A stretch of DNA of 64,000 nt, taken from Paraspadella gotoi (taxonomy: Eukaryota > Animalia > Chaetognatha). Under the pieces are notes generated by a model. That model did no database searches and was not told the DNA's origin. It saw only the letters and a program-made list of their open reading frames with translations. Location: NCBI GenBank assembly GCA_051294375.1, contig CM119267.1, forward strand, positions 13,552,015-13,616,014, in the 5' to 3' direction. Positions 38,242 to 50,669 of this stretch are shown here, piece after piece (the first letter of the stretch is position 1; every line of letters starts with the position of its first letter). The translations under genes were made by a program, and so were the position numbers.

Positions 38242-41200
38242 GGTTAATACTTTTTTTCCTCACCGATCCCTTTAAACGTTGTAAAGATAAAAAGTTCCAA
38301 CAACAGAAGTCAGTTATGTAAAACTGGACCTGTAGAATATAAAAAAAGTTGCACATGACTTTTTTTGATAAATAAATACTAAACAGACCAATTATATATC
38401 ACTAATCACAGTTCACAATATGGCAAAAAGATTCGTGTTGGCACGTATGACTTGAGTTAATCTCTAAGGTTTTGAATAAATAAATAATAAGTGAATGAGA
38501 CTTAAATTATGGCAATCGAGTAACGAGGAGTTCAACAATATCTTTTTATAGAACTAATTTTATAAATAAGGAGGTATAGATAAGTTAAAATCTGTAGTTA
38601 TCAAAAACCCTATATTGTAAAGAAACTATTCACGACAGTTAACATTACAATAATTCACAAGATAATAAATTTTTATTAATATTCATATTGAAGATCAGAA
38701 TAGCTTTTCAACTATTCACCAGAAGATCAATTATTTATTACAAAAGAAACATCGCTTTTCAGTCATAGAAAAGTAAAGCACATTTTAATGGTATTGTCGG
38801 GCAATCCTAAATTCCGCCTCCGTGTAAAGCTTGTGAAACCAGCTCCATGGCTTGACAGTAATAGCAGGTCATTTCGAGTACCTTTGTGATGAACACGGGC
38901 TAGGAAGAATAGAATTGTGGTGTCCATATATCAAATGGCTATGAGGATTTATCCACCTAAGGCGATAGATAGGCTGTGGCAAAAAATGGTAAAATATTAT
39001 ATTTAATAATTTTTGTTTGAAGTTGCACAGACGTTATCTTTCCACAAAAAACATTTATTACCTCAAAATTATATCATTTATTCATAATTATTGAGCTTCA
39101 TGAACACAGCAGTTAATAGTCAATTTGAAAAATTTTAAAATATAGAAGTAACGATAAAACCATCATCTCATTCTTCAACCATGCTTAATTATTGCAATTT
39201 GATCAATTTTATGTTCTAAAATGTAGTTTTTTTCTTATGTTTAAAACTGTCAATGACTACTAAAAAAATTTTTGAAAAATAAAAAAAAAATTTAAGCATT
39301 TTTTGACCCCCCAGGGGTCCACCCCCAGGGGCCCGTTTCTCTTTGTCAGGGGTTGAATATCAAAATTCGCCTCGATTAGTTCCATTTAGTTATGTCATTA
39401 GCACTCTAATGTAAAATTGTATTAAAATTCCATTGGCGTAGTTTGGTGCGGGAACAGTTTTTGGTCAGCATAAAAAGGCGGTACCAAACATTTTATAATA
39501 TGAAGCCTCTGTACTCGGTTTAAAACAACCGCGAGTTCCGGGTTCAATCCCCTTACTGGTCACGTTTGGTTAAAGTGTGGATTGGTCTGTCCGGGCATAA
39601 AACAGTCCAGTGAATGGGCCAGTGGTACACTTGCAGGTCCCAAGGCCATGAGGCCCCCAACCTGTCGGGAGATGCCTCCACACCCGGGACATCACACATG
39701 TCCCCGTGCCAAGTGTTAATTTTCACAGATCTTAGTTATGTTAACTTTTTTGCACTATTTAACGTTTAGAGGGACTGTATGATAATTTGATACAATGCGG
39801 CATTACAATTTTTAAATTTTATTATTTTACTTTTTGACCAAATATTATCAAAAATTTAAAAATAAATTAAATACTTTGTAGTGAACATTTACATTTTGCA
39901 TTTGCCTAAAAATCAATTATTTATAATATTTTTTTCGAATTCAAAGTTGTACCCCGGTTGAGCAAATCAGTGACACAAATAAGAAATTATTGCCAGTTTA
40001 CTGCATTGAAAATAAACGTAAACTTTTTTTTTTATTAGATAGAGAATGCTGAGACGTTTGTTCTGTTAAAATTTTAATTTAAATTGATATTTTTTAACAA
40101 CTAGAAATTATTAATTTTTTTGCAAGATGTCAAAGCTCGTCAAATATTGATGGCTCATCGCATTCTTTAATAATCAAACACAATGAATAACTTTTATTCA
40201 TATCAAGATCACAGTTAAATACTTTTCAGCCTTATTGACCTCTACAGAGGTCCGGAAGCAGTTCTGGTTGTATACGAAGATTCATTCTCATGCCTTGTGG
40301 CAAGCAATTTTAAGCAGCTTGGGACTGAACAACATTTAAAGCATCAAAATTGGGCTAAACATGATTGTTGATGATGCAGATATTGTTGCGCACTGAGCAT
40401 AATTGCCAAAAGTTTAAACAACATGGGAATTAGGACACATGAAAAAGGCGTAAACGTTACTGTTCCGTGCATAAAAAAAATTCACCTGTTACAATATTAT
40501 TATATTTCTTTTTATTTTTTTTAAACGTTATGTTTCATATTTTGCATATCCAAATATCAATGCAAAATTCTTTTTTTGTTTTTAGATATTGTGACTGATT
40601 ATAGGGTGAAAGATGATAATTTTTTTTTTAAAAAGTTACTTTATTCATATTTATTCATAGAATTGTTAATAGAAAAAAAAATAAAAAAAATAATAGCTTA
40701 CCAATATTAGTGGTTATGTCTCAAATAGAGAACGAAAAAAAACCTCATTTAAAAAATTCGATCGGGAATGGGCGTAACTAAGGCTTACCAATGGCATTCC
40801 TCACGCCGATTGTTCTCTCAAATAATTTTTTTATTAATACATTTGAAAGGGAAAAAAAGAAAATTTTGGGAATGCAGGGTTGCAGAAAAGGGTACAGATA
40901 ATTTGGACCTTATTGACCTGATAACCATGACCTTTTATATCTTGGAAATGGGGCAGTAATGAAATCTAAAAAATTTCATCATTTAAGTCAGGTCAATATT
41001 GAAACCCTTTCCAATGGGCTATTACGAGAAATATTTTTTCTTATTTAAAATGGATAGATAAATAATAGAATTAAATTCCTTGATGCTATATTTAAAAAAA
41101 AATTATCAATACAATTTTAACTCAATAATGTTTTTGCTTTGCTCACATATTGTTACCTGCTATATAATTTTTACAACTTTATTATTGATAAAACAAAGCA

Positions 41201-44083
41201 GATGGTCAAGCTTTAGTTTGCAGGTTAAAAGATAATGAAAAATGACGATTTTTTCTTCAGCAGGACAAGAAGGTAGATGTCCAGATGTTTATATCAAGCT
41301 GAAACAATTTTTGCTATTTATTATTTTTAATATTTTTAAAAATACATTTTATTCAAGCTATAACATAAATTTTTGCTTGTTTTTTACTAACTGAAAATAT
41401 AAGCCAATTATTATCGCAAATTAAAAAAAAAATTTCATAATAAACAAATATGTAATGCAGTTTTCCTTTTTTCAAATTATAAAAGAAAAAGAAAAAATCA
41501 TATGCTTTCATTGAAATTTTCTAAAGCAAAAAAACTGTTTGTCTATACTGTTGAATCTGATTTAAACAAAAGCTTGTGTAAAAGATTTATGGATTTAATT
41601 TAATTAAAACTGCCTTTTAGAAGGTGTCCCATGATTAGGGCCTTTTAATTTGATACCACAATCCTACCTTGCTACCTCTTTCTTTCAAAAAGTTATTTAA
41701 AAAAATAACTTTTTCTTTAATGATTGTTAACTGAATGATTTTCAGTCTTGATTTGTCCTATCTTGAAATTAAATATTCTTATTCACTTTTACTACAGAAA
41801 CGTTTTTATTTCTTTATCCTCAATGTATGAGTTACATTATAAGAAAGATGAAACAAAATAAGTGAATCGGATCCAAGTATGTTCTACATAAATAATGTAA
41901 ACAAATAAACTATCAATTCTCTATCGATTCAAAACTCAATTCTTTACAAATCAATGTAAATAAACTGAATCAAAAACAATTCGATATTTAACGCCAAAGA
42001 TTTTCCTGCAACGTCGCCATGAAAGATACTTCAATATTTGCCAACGTCTTAGAACTCTAACGTTACAGTTGCCACGGTACTTCGTCACGCTGTTGCTGGC
42101 CTCAGTCACCAGGCCACAAATCTAAATAACAATATGACAAATTCATTTTTTATTTTTTTTATGAATGGGAAGTTTTCTCTGGCTTACTCCCTTGTGTCAT
42201 AATTATTTAATATTTTAGAGGTATTTCAAAAACCTTATATAATTACTATATTTTACTTTTTTCAAATTCTTTCAAACAAAAATATCATAAAAACATTTTA
42301 ATAATAAAAAAAAAATTGATCGAATGATTTTGAAAAATATTGAAACTTAAGAATAATGGATTTCGAGTTAGGAAAAAAATTTTGCAATTTCTAAAAAAAT
42401 CAGCTCTAGCCTTTCGATTTTTTTAGAGGCTGATTTTTAAATTTTTTTAGATATTTTGATTTTCTATGCAAAACCATTATTCTCAATGAGCATAGGTCGA
42501 CGAACTTTTTTTTCAATAATTTGAAAAAAATTTCAAACTTTTCTAATTAGGCTTTTTTGGGGAAATAAATAAATAAATTGTATAACAATGGGTACATCTA
42601 AAAGTGATATGTCTCTAAATGATAAAACATTTTCTTCAAGTTTTATTTTGAAATTCAAGTATTGTACCAATAGAAATAGTGAGATACTACTGCTTTGCCG
42701 AAATTTTTAGTTAAAGATTTGTACTGCGTAGTTTTAACTTCCTATGATATCACACTTTTTTAAGAATCAATCGTAATTCGTAGTAGTTTTTATATAAAAA
42801 ATGTTTATAAATAAAATGAACAAATCCCGAGTATTGATATAAAACTTGTCAATTTAAAAGATCTTGATGATGAGAAACCAAATTTAATTTTTTAACTTCC
42901 TATATTTCTAATTGTAAGAAAAAACGACGACTACACAAAGAAGCCATTCTAAACAATAATCACGCCAAGATATTGTTATCACGATTAAGCCCGTCTGGCG
43001 AGATAAAAAACATGAACTCTTAGCATTAGGTTATATGGCCCCTTACAGAAAAAATCAAGGCCCTCTTAGAACCTGAATCGATTTTCAAATAGGAAGAATG
43101 AATGATTATATGATTAAAAATTCATTGCGTTCATTCTCTCTTTTCTTTGTTTGGTAATTAGACGAGAAAAATAGAATTCATAAAGCTGAAACATGTATAA
43201 TAGGGTGGACTGATGAAAAGATTGAGTGATTGAACATTATTTTTTTACTGCCTTTGGACATGTAATTAAGAAATTTTAAATTCTTTTAAAATTTTTGTTA
43301 GTTTAACAGTATAGTAAATTCAGTTATTTATGTAATAATATCCTTATAAAATCGTCAAATTTCAAAATATTTTTATTTTATTTTTAAAAACAGATTTGGA
43401 TTCGCCGTAAAAAACTAAGAAACTTTTATAAAATATGTTATATGATATTCTAATGTTTAGATTACAAAAAAAGATAAATACGTTTTAACATATATAAGTT
43501 TCTACTACAAAGAATAAAAAAGCTTGAATTTTTACCTTTTTTCAAGTTTCAAACGCTGAAGATGACAGAATTTTTGATAACATGTTTTATATTTTTGATT
43601 CAACTTTTTAGGAAGAATCTGAATCTTTATTAAAAGTTTAAAAAAAATTATTTTTAAAATTTACTATTTTATAAGGATATTACTACAAATATATTATATT
43701 TTACTATTCTGTTCCCGAGACAATATGAACAAAATATTTTTTGTACTACTTAATATCATTCAAATATTTTTTTTGTTCTTGAGTGCTCTTTAAAATAAAT
43801 CGTTGTTGAACTGAAATATTTTTCTCGTCTGATTAAAAATTTCGCGACCCCCTTTTGGCGGTCTCGCTTTCATAATATCAATAGTACTTTACAATACAGT
43901 GCTACATATAATACATAAATAATACAGGGTCAAGATAGCTTATTGAATAAAGAGATAACTTTATACACTATTGTTTACGCCAATTTTATAGAAAGGCGTA
44001 ATAGAAAAGCCAAGTTAAGATAACATAATCGCACAAGGTTGTCTCAAATAAAAAAATCAAATGACTGAATAGTGAATAGAATG

Positions 44084-44338
44084 TTAATTTATTTCTAGCT
44101 TAACAACTTTCGTTTCTCGCACCGGTTCTATGATTTTCCGATGATGGCAAGCGACGACGTGACGTTCAAACCACTCAGCAGGAACTTCGTGAGTGGCATT
44201 AAAAGGACAAACCAAATAGGGGTTTCCCCGATTACTTCGACGGCACTTTAGCAGATGATAGGGGAGTCGTTTCAAACGCACGCTGTGACATTCGTTATAA
44301 GGGCATTGAACCAAATTTTCGGGATCAGAAAGGTTCAT
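44084..44338 (-). CDS. GTSF1: Gametocyte-specific factor 1 / Asterix-like double CHHC zinc-finger protein (piRNA pathway cofactor family)
   Basis: Two C-x5-H-x9-H-x3-C fingers: CPYNECH..H..C and CPFNATH..H..C, preceded by DPENLVQ. May splice to an open 56-codon exon at ~42121-41950 (TTTAG|ATTTGT). Confidence 0.8.
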   Translation of the reverse strand: MNLSDPENLVQCPYNECHSVRLKRLPYHLLKCRRSNRGNPYLVCPFNATHEVPAEWFERHVVACHHRKIIEPVRETKVVKLEIN

Positions 44339-44950
44339 GGTTAACTTTTTTCCTCACCGATCCCTTTAAACGGTTGTAAGATAAAAAGTCCAACAAAGAA
44401 TCAGTTATGTAAAACTGGACCTGTAGAATATAAAAGAAAGTTGCACATACTTTTTTGATAAAATAAATACTAAACAGCAACAATACTTCTAATACACTAC
44501 TTCACAGTTCACAATTGGCAAAAAGATTCGTGTTGGCACGTGACTTGAGTCTAATCTCTAAGGTTTGAATAAATAAATAAATAAGTGAATGAGACTAAAT
44601 TATGGCAATCGAGTAACGAGGAGTTCAACAAATCTTTTTTAGAACAATTCATAAATAAGGAGGTATAAAGTTAAAATCTGTAGTTACAAAAAACCTATAT
44701 TGTAAAGAAACTCTTTCACAACAGTTAACATTACAATAATTCACAAGATAATAAATTTTTATTAATATTATATTGAAGCTCAGAATAGCTTTTAACTATT
44801 CACAGAAATCTATTATTTTTACAAAATAAACATCGCTTTCATCATAGAAAAGATAAAGCACCATTTTAAGGTATTGCGGCGAATCCTAAATTCGCCTCCC
44901 GTAAAGCTTGGTGAAACTCAGCTCATCCCATTGGCTTGGACAGCTAAATA

Positions 44951-45658
44951 GCGAAGGTTTCATATTATAAAATGTGGTACCCCTTTTTTGTGACCAGAAC
45001 ACGTTCCGAGAAAACTAAGGAATAGAATTTAATGAAATTTTGCATGCGGAGTACCAGTAGTGATACAAATGGAACTATCGAGGCGAATTTTTACATTCCA
45101 CCTCCAAGGCTGAGATAAGGGGCCCTGTGGGCAAAAAATGGTCAAAATATTTATAAATTTTTTTAATAATTTTTGTTTTGAACAGTTGCACAGACGTTTA
45201 CTCTTCCACAAAAACATTTATTACCTCAAAAATATTCATTTATCATAATTATTAGCTTCATGAACATCAGCAGTTAAAGTCAGATTTGAAATAATTTGGA
45301 AAAATTGGAAGTAAAACGATAAACCATGCATCTTCATTCTTCAACCATGCTTAATTATTGCAAATTTATCAATTTTAGTTCTAAAATGTTTTTTTCTTAT
45401 GTTTAAAACGTCAATGCTACTAAAAAAATTTGAAAAATAAAAAAAAATTGAAGCATTTTTTGACCCCCCAGGGGTCCACCCCCAGGGCCCTGTATCTCTT
45501 GTCAGGGGTTGAATATCAAAATTCGCCTCGATAGTTCCATTTATATAGTCATTAGCACTCTAAATGTAAAATTTCATTAAATTCGATTGGGTAGTTTGGT
45601 GGGAACAGATTTTGGTCACAAAAAAGGGGTACCACATTTTATAATATGAAGCCTTCTG
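44951..45658. mobile_element. Tc1/mariner-type MITE inserted at a TA inside SINE family 1
   Basis: ~45-bp TIR (CA)GAAGGCTTCATATTATAAAATGTGGTACCCC; the empty site AAGTACTC is seen at 5558. Confidence 0.8.
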
Positions 45659-45705
45659 TACTCGTTTAACAACCGCGAGTTCCGGGTTCAATCCCCTTAC
45701 GGTCA

Positions 45706-45792
45706 CGTTGGTTAAAGTGTGATGGTGTCGGCATAAACAGTCCAGTGATATGGGGTGGTCACTGCAGGTCCAAGGCCATGAGGCCCCCAACT
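45706..45792 (+). ncRNA. Degenerate twister in a SINE family 1 copy
   Basis: Same layout; P5 covaries to GTTGG/CCAAC; substitutions in P2/T2 and P4. Confidence 0.6.
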
Positions 45793-47050
45793 GTCGGGAG
45801 ATGCCTCACACCCAGGACATCACACATGTCCCCCGTTGCCATAGTTTAATCTTTTCAAGATCTTAGTTATGATTAACTTTTTTGCACAAATTTTAACGTT
45901 TAGAGGGACTGCTATGATAATTTGATAATGGATTACAATTTTTAAATTTTATTATTTTATTTTTGACCAAATATTATCAAAAATTTAAAAATAAATTAAT
46001 ACTTTGTATGAACATTTACATTTTTATCATTGCTAAAAATCAATTATTTATAAATATTTTTTTCGAATTCAAAGTTGTACCCCATGAGCCAAATCCAGTG
46101 ACACAAAAGAAATTATTGCCAGTTTACTGCATTGAAATAAACGTAAACTTTTTTTTATTAGATAGAGAATGCTTGACGTTTTTTCTGTTAAAATTTTATT
46201 TAAATTGATATTTTTTAACAACTAGAAATTATTAATTTTTTTTGCAAAGATGTCAAAGCCGTCAAATTGATGGCTCATCGCATCTTTTAATAATCAAACA
46301 CAATGAATAACTTTTAATTCAATATCCAAGATTACAGTATAAATATTTTCAGCCTTATTGACCTCTACAAGGTCCAGAAGGGCAGTTGGTTTATACGAGA
46401 TTCATTCTCAGGCCTTTGGGCAAGCAATTTAAGCAGCTTGACTGAACAACATTAAAGCATCAAAATTGGGCTAAAATGATTGTTGAGATGCAGATATGTG
46501 CGCACTGAGCATAATTGCAAAGTTAAACATGGGAATATATGAAAAGCAGCTGTGGCTAACAGTATGATTTGTTTTCTTTTTAAAACATGGGTAGTTTCAA
46601 AAAAAATATAGTAACCAATACAATACACCAACTGTATCAATTTTTTTTAACAAAAGAACTCTCTCTCCCTCTCACACATTTCTTGTAAAGTGAAAATTGC
46701 TTATTTTTCACAAGTGATGAAGTCTTGAAACAAGTCGAAACACTGTTTTTCTAAAAATAAAATCGTTGTTTGTTCAAACTAAAACTTTTTCGAACAAAAG
46801 AACTAAAGTAAATCAGAGGGGAGTAATGCAGTTGTTCTGAAGTTCCAACTTATCACATATCATTTTTTTTTTAAAGTAATTTGTCACTAAAGAAGTCTTG
46901 CAAAAAGACTGACTGTGTAAGAAACCGATGAAAAGATGAAAAGATTGTTCCACACAAGTTCGGGAGGCATTTTAAGCATTTTTATACCCATTTTAATAAA
47001 TATTTTGGTCATTTCAAAAACGTCAATAATTTTTCTATCAAATGGTATAA

Positions 47051-47565
47051 AACAAGTTTGAGCAAACAATGTCGGATCTGCCCACAATAATTAAGCGGTA
47101 ATCTGCTAAATAAATAAATAAACATAAATAAATAAACAAATAAATAAACAAATAAATAGTATAGTAGAAATAATTACAAATAAAGTACAAAGAATTTTTT
47201 AAACTATTATTATTTTTTCCACTAGCATCATTTTTTAAAATTGCTTAATTAATTAATTATGAGTAAGCATAAATAATAAAAATTCAAATCAACTTGACTT
47301 TGGTTTTTTTTCAATTTAAACTCGCACGATTCCATCTAAACTTTATATCCAGTTCAATCATACACTTTCCTAACCAACACAAAATTTCAGTCCGATCCAT
47401 TCATCCAATCACGAGTAATTGGAGTTTTTGGCTAAGGGGGGACGGACAGACAGACGGACGGATATCGTTTTTTTGCTTAATTTAGCGTAATATGATGTTC
47501 TGATGTGATAAAAATGATATACCGACAAGATTTAATCGGAATCTGCTAAGCAGATCCGACTAAAA
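47051..47565 (-). mobile_element. HINE-like element (partial copies also at 640-1050, 8820-8880, 9761-10225, 20895-21017, 48296-48518, 63617 onward)
   Basis: Same termini. Confidence 0.7.
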
Positions 47566-47668
47566 TTTTTCTTAATTTTTGGTAGGTTATGAATGATTAA
47601 TTTTTACTTCGTGTCAATCGATTTGGCTCACGGGGTAGTTAAAAGCACGGATGATAAAGCGCTTATGC

Positions 47669-48276
47669 TAGAACCAAACTTTGTCAATGGGGTGGGTCAG
47701 AAGTTTGATTTGGGAACCTTTCCAAATGAAACTTCATACATTTCTGAGAAAACTTTCAATGGACCAAAATTTTCTAAAATGGCTAGAAGCATTAGTAATT
47801 AATTTTTTAATATTTATTTATAATAAAAATGTCAAAAATTTTATTTTTAAATTTTGTATTTTTAAAAGCAGATTCAGATAGCTTATAAAAAGTTGTTGAC
47901 ACAAAGTATAATTCTTTTTTTAATATTTTGATTGAATAAGTGGGTCAAAACTGGGAAAAACCTTAAAAAATCATTATCATCATCTGATGATTTTAACAGT
48001 TTTTACTAATTTTAAGTAATAAAACATCAAAATTTTAAAAAGTTGTAATTATATTTTTTGCTTAACTTTTTAAACTCTATCAGAATCAATTAAAAAAACT
48101 TAAAATATCCAAAAAAATTTTTTGACATTATATAGCAATATAATAATATTAATTAGCAAATTACTCATGGTTCAGAACATTTTTGCAAAAAAATATTTTA
48201 ATACAATAATTAATACCAATAATGGATTAGTTTAATGCTGTTCCCATTAAAATTTGAATTTGATCGGCTACCACTA
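47669..48276 (+). mobile_element. 7-bp-TSD element copy
   Basis: TSD CTTATGC/CTTATGG. Confidence 0.75.
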
Positions 48277-48567
48277 CTTATGGCAGCGATAATTTTGTCA
48301 ATCAATCAATCAATCCATCCATACAATCATGAGGAATTGGAGTTTAATGCTCAGGGGGGACGGACGGACTGACAGACATAATTTTTTTTGCATAATTAAT
48401 CATAATTTGATGTTCTGATATGATTAAAATCATTTACCGACAAGATTTTGGGGGTGGACCGACGGACCGACAAAGTGAATAATAGAGTCGGAATCTGCTA
48501 ATAAGCAGATCCGAATAAAAAGAAAAGAAAAACCAAAATTTATATTAAGGTTTTTGAAATTTTAAAT

Positions 48568-48640
48568 AACGAGATGGCGGAGTGGTTAAAAACTAAGACT
48601 TCGACCCAGAATGGAATGGTAGGATTCGAATCCTACTAAA
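48568..48640 (+). pseudogene. tRNA-derived sequence (Ser/Leu-like SINE head or pseudogene)
   Basis: GAGATGGCGGAGTGGTTAA (A-box) ... GGATTCGAATCC (B-box); the cloverleaf is not intact. Confidence 0.55.
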
Positions 48641-49002
48641 GGGAAATTTTTACAATAAACTGCTGTCCCAAAAGTGGTCGTAGAGCAATGGCTTACCGAA
48701 GGGGGAGTAGCCATATGAGTACTCGATAACAAGACAAAAACTCGCTTTCAAATTATCATTTGTACTCGAGTTACAGAGCTTGCCGTCTCAGAAATTCTAG
48801 ACGGATGCTACTGTACTTAATAACATAATTTTTGAAAAAGATTTATATTTTCTTTTATCAACTTTTAACGAGGAATCTGAATCAGTTCTCAGAATTTAAA
48901 AAAAAAACATTTGAAAATTTTGACATTATATAAGGGTAGTTCTATATACAAAATAAGCTGACTGGGCTACTATATTTTTTTAAAAAAACAAAAAAATACT
49001 TG

Positions 49003-49039
49003 CTGATGAAGACTCGAAACATAAGAGTCGAAACATGTC
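49003..49039 (+). ncRNA. Minimal hammerhead ribozyme core
   Basis: CTGATGAAGACTC...GAGTCGAAACATGTC. Confidence 0.75.
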
Positions 49040-50669
49040 CTTATAAACTTAATAAATTGTTGTTCAAAAACGAATTTTCGTTACACACCTTAAATAAAAA
49101 AACAAAAAACTACTACTACTACTACTAAAACAAACCTTATATAAAAATATTTTTATTAATAAAATGTTAGTGATTCTCATTCTTTTCTAATTATGATATG
49201 ATACTGAAACAATCTTTTTGGTTTATTTAGATTCCTATTTAAAGTAGGGACTCAAAAAAGCAAAAGACCGCAAAAGATTAAAAATTCGTTAACGACATTC
49301 CTACATTAAAGAAAATTCCCATAACTCCATAACTTTTGACCAACACCATCGACATCGTGTTCTACCAACAAGGATGACAAATTAATATACAGAATTAGAA
49401 TGACTAGAAACATATGCGGAATGAGCAAATATTCTTCCCAAAAGTATTCTAGATACATCTTGCTTAAAAATCCCCCGACACTAAGACAATCACAGTTAAT
49501 AGAATAAAACCAGACCATGACTTTTAAAGCTCAGATAAAGAAATCTTAATTTTTATCTAATATTTTTGTAAAAACTTGTAAAATATAGGTTGATATATGA
49601 AACACAATTTTCAAATGCAAACAAATTTTCGATTGTCAAAACTCAAAGCTAGATATCTTTAGTAGCAGTATCCATTCTCCAGTTAAACAATGGGTTCAAA
49701 TACAAAAAAACATTACCCATTTGGGCTGGTAAACGTTTCTAGATCTCCCTAAACCGGATTAGCATTGAAAACGATAATTTAACAACCATTCAATGCACTA
49801 ATTCCCGCATTTTATGCACTATTTAAGAGTGACAACCATGTATTCCAAGTCTGACAGACCAAAGAGGCCAAGGAAAACAAGCAATAAATATAGAATCAAT
49901 CTCAATTTGTAAGTTTTCCTCGCGTCTGGCAAGAGAAAAATTGAAAGACATGGCGAAAAATTGGAAAAGGCTGCAGATTTTTTAAAAAAGCCAGCAATAA
50001 ATCCTAACGACGTACTACTACTAAATAGACTGAAAGGGGTCAAAACAGCATCTGGACTGTAGGGAACGAGGACAAGAAATAGCAAATGATTGCAAATGAA
50101 AGAAAAATTTCGAAAAAATCCTTAAGAGGAAGGGTCATTCACCATAACAATGCGTAATCATTGATGTATTAGAGCTAATACATCGAGAAATAGATTATAG
50201 TCACCAGTAATCACAAAAAAATAGGTTTTTATTTATATGTAAACATTCTGTTTTCAATCATTTTTTAAAATCGGTATATAATAAAATTGTCATGTTAAAT
50301 GGGCAAGCACATTTTTTATAGATTTGTTTTTCAATCTGGTCGTTAAAAAATTTTGGCCTATTTTGAAGTTGATTTGAATGACCCTTTTTCTTAACGAGAG
50401 TAACTCTGAAACTGTTAGACCTAATAACAAATGAAAAAACTGTACCCAAATTTTGACAATTTTAATAAAAAAAAAATAAAGTAAACGGCCGGAGGATAAA
50501 AAAATGGGCATAAAAGAAAAACAATTTTAAACAAAAAAAAAAGAGAAAATGAGTTGGAGCGGAAAAGAGATTTTTTTTTCATAAAAACAAAACGGGCAAA
50601 GATGGAGGAAGAGGCATAGTCTTGAGTTGCTTTCTTGCGGATGGAATTTTCGCCAAAAAGATATTACGT

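Larger units (their letters stand above)
35581..46530. repeat. ~4.8-kb direct duplication (35581-~40440 vs ~41710-46530)
   Basis: Colinear near-identity, differing mostly by indels; the first copy starts at the 25-N gap. Confidence 0.9.

Noticed and set aside
43209-43235. CTGATGA as a hammerhead core (also 14158, 37079, 47984)
   Set aside because: No stem II followed by GAAA.
48568-48640. Functional tRNA gene
   Set aside because: A and B boxes are present but the acceptor and anticodon stems do not pair properly.
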